The notes beneath the pieces were generated by a model. The model did no database searches, was not told where the DNA came from, and saw nothing but the letters and a program-made list of their open reading frames with translations. Shown one piece after another: positions 23,459-24,105 of a stretch of 24,105 bases of DNA. The DNA is from a virus. Lineage: Duplodnaviria > Caudoviricetes. The DNA is taken from positions 1 to 24,105 of the IMG/VR virus record IMGVR_UViG_3300035109_000009. One strand, given 5' to 3'. The number at the start of each line of letters is the position of its first letter. The stretch's first letter is position 1. Made by a program: the position numbers and the translations under genes.

Positions 23459-23762
23459 CCGCGTCAACAAGGCGCTGGCGACAATCACCGGGCTTCGCTC
23501 GCCGCGAGAACGACGTGGCAAAGTGCGGCACGTTGGAATAAGCCCACTCCATCGTCATCATTCGAGGATCATAAAGCTCCCGCATCTCCAGCGGATAATC
23601 GAGCAGTGCACAATTGGTGCAGTAGCAAACAAGCAGCACCACGGGTCCGTCGAATAGAATAACATCATACTCCATGCGCACTTTCAGCTGATGCGTATAT
23701 CCCGGCGTCGTCTCGGCAATTTTATCAAGATGCGTCTGCAGCGCGTCTAACCACTCTTGCAT
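23445..23762 (-). CDS. Hypothetical protein, 105 aa, with C-x-C-x-x-C motif
   Basis: Start re-assigned to ATG 23762, 1 nt after the stop of 23764..24036. Sequence MQEWLDALQ...VCYCTNC... Confidence 0.6.
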   Translation of the reverse strand: MQEWLDALQTHLDKIAETTPGYTHQLKVRMEYDVILFDGPVVLLVCYCTNCALLDYPLEMRELYDPRMMTMEWAYSNVPHFATSFSRRAKPGDCRQRLVDAVMDD

Positions 23763-23763
23763 T

Positions 23764-24036
23764 TCACAAGCCTCGTCGAAGAAGGCCCATGGCGCACTCC
23801 TCAATTGTCGCACCTTCACTCTTTGCGCGATCCTCGATGCGCTCCCGCAAGTCATCGGGGCATGGCACGTTCAACGTCTCGGGGTAACTCCGACCCGTCA
23901 AGATTCCTCGAATCGATGACGGCCACACTCGATACTCGTGAGCGAGCTCGATGATGGTGATAATCCCCTGGCGGTGACGCCGCCTGATCTCGACGGCGTC
24001 TTTCCTGGTCAACCTAGCTGCTGGGGCTCCGGTCAT
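23764..24036 (-). CDS. Small DNA-binding regulator, HTH plus ribbon-helix-helix-like, 90 aa
   Basis: RLTRKDAVEIRRR...IIELAHEYRVWPSSIRGILTGRSY (HTH of the type often appended to HNH nucleases), followed by LNVPCPDDLRERIEDRAKSEGATIEECAMGLL (CopG/Arc-like strand-helix-helix). GGAG RBS. Confidence 0.7.
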   Translation of the reverse strand: MTGAPAARLTRKDAVEIRRRHRQGIITIIELAHEYRVWPSSIRGILTGRSYPETLNVPCPDDLRERIEDRAKSEGATIEECAMGLLRRGL

Positions 24037-24054
24037 TGCTCCACGACTCCACCA

Positions 24055-24082
24055 ATTATATGTTTATTCGCGCACTTTTCAC
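24055..24082 (-). promoter_or_regulatory. Putative sigma70-type promoter for the HTH-RHH gene and downstream operon
   Basis: Perfect TATAAT at 24055..24060 and GTGAAA (4/6 match to TTGACA) at 24077..24082, with a 16-nt spacer, in an AT-rich patch. Confidence 0.45.
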
Positions 24083-24105
24083 CGGTATGCGGAAAGTCCC
24101 TAAGC

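Larger units (their letters stand above)
1..24105 (-). mobile_element. Tailed phage/prophage (Caudoviricetes, podovirus-like) DNA packaging and virion morphogenesis region
   Basis: Co-oriented, densely packed minus-strand genes in canonical order: terminase, portal, scaffold, capsid, adaptor, nozzle, ejection proteins, fibres. No host genes, att site or integrase are visible, so free phage and prophage cannot be distinguished. Confidence 0.95.

Overview
The window is the packaging and morphogenesis region of a GC-rich (roughly 60-65% by eye) tailed phage or prophage with podovirus-like architecture. All genes lie on the minus strand. In transcription order (right to left): sigma70-like promoter, HTH-RHH regulator, hypothetical gene, probable terminase small subunit, seven translationally coupled accessory genes, terminase large subunit, portal, scaffold, major capsid, probable decoration protein, acidic small protein, head-tail adaptor, small fibre-anchor-like protein, tail nozzle/stabilisation protein, three probable ejection proteins, two hypothetical genes, a LamG/ConA-like lectin protein, a 60-aa protein and a collagen-like fibre running off the left edge. 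The accessory genes include a GroES-like co-chaperonin, an unannotated 38-aa membrane peptide, a Tad1-family anti-defence sponge and a stand-alone TPR protein. The first ejection protein ends in a peptidase S74 autocleaving chaperone. No tail tube, tape measure, lysis, integrase, tRNA or CRISPR feature was recognised. The most interesting signals are: the Tad1-containing cassette between the terminase genes; the S74 domain, with a large insertion, next to a glycine zipper; an N-terminal motif shared by two neighbouring proteins; and a GTTTTTGGC-N8-GGTGATGG motif bracketing the ejection module. All family calls come from motif recognition by eye, not database searches.
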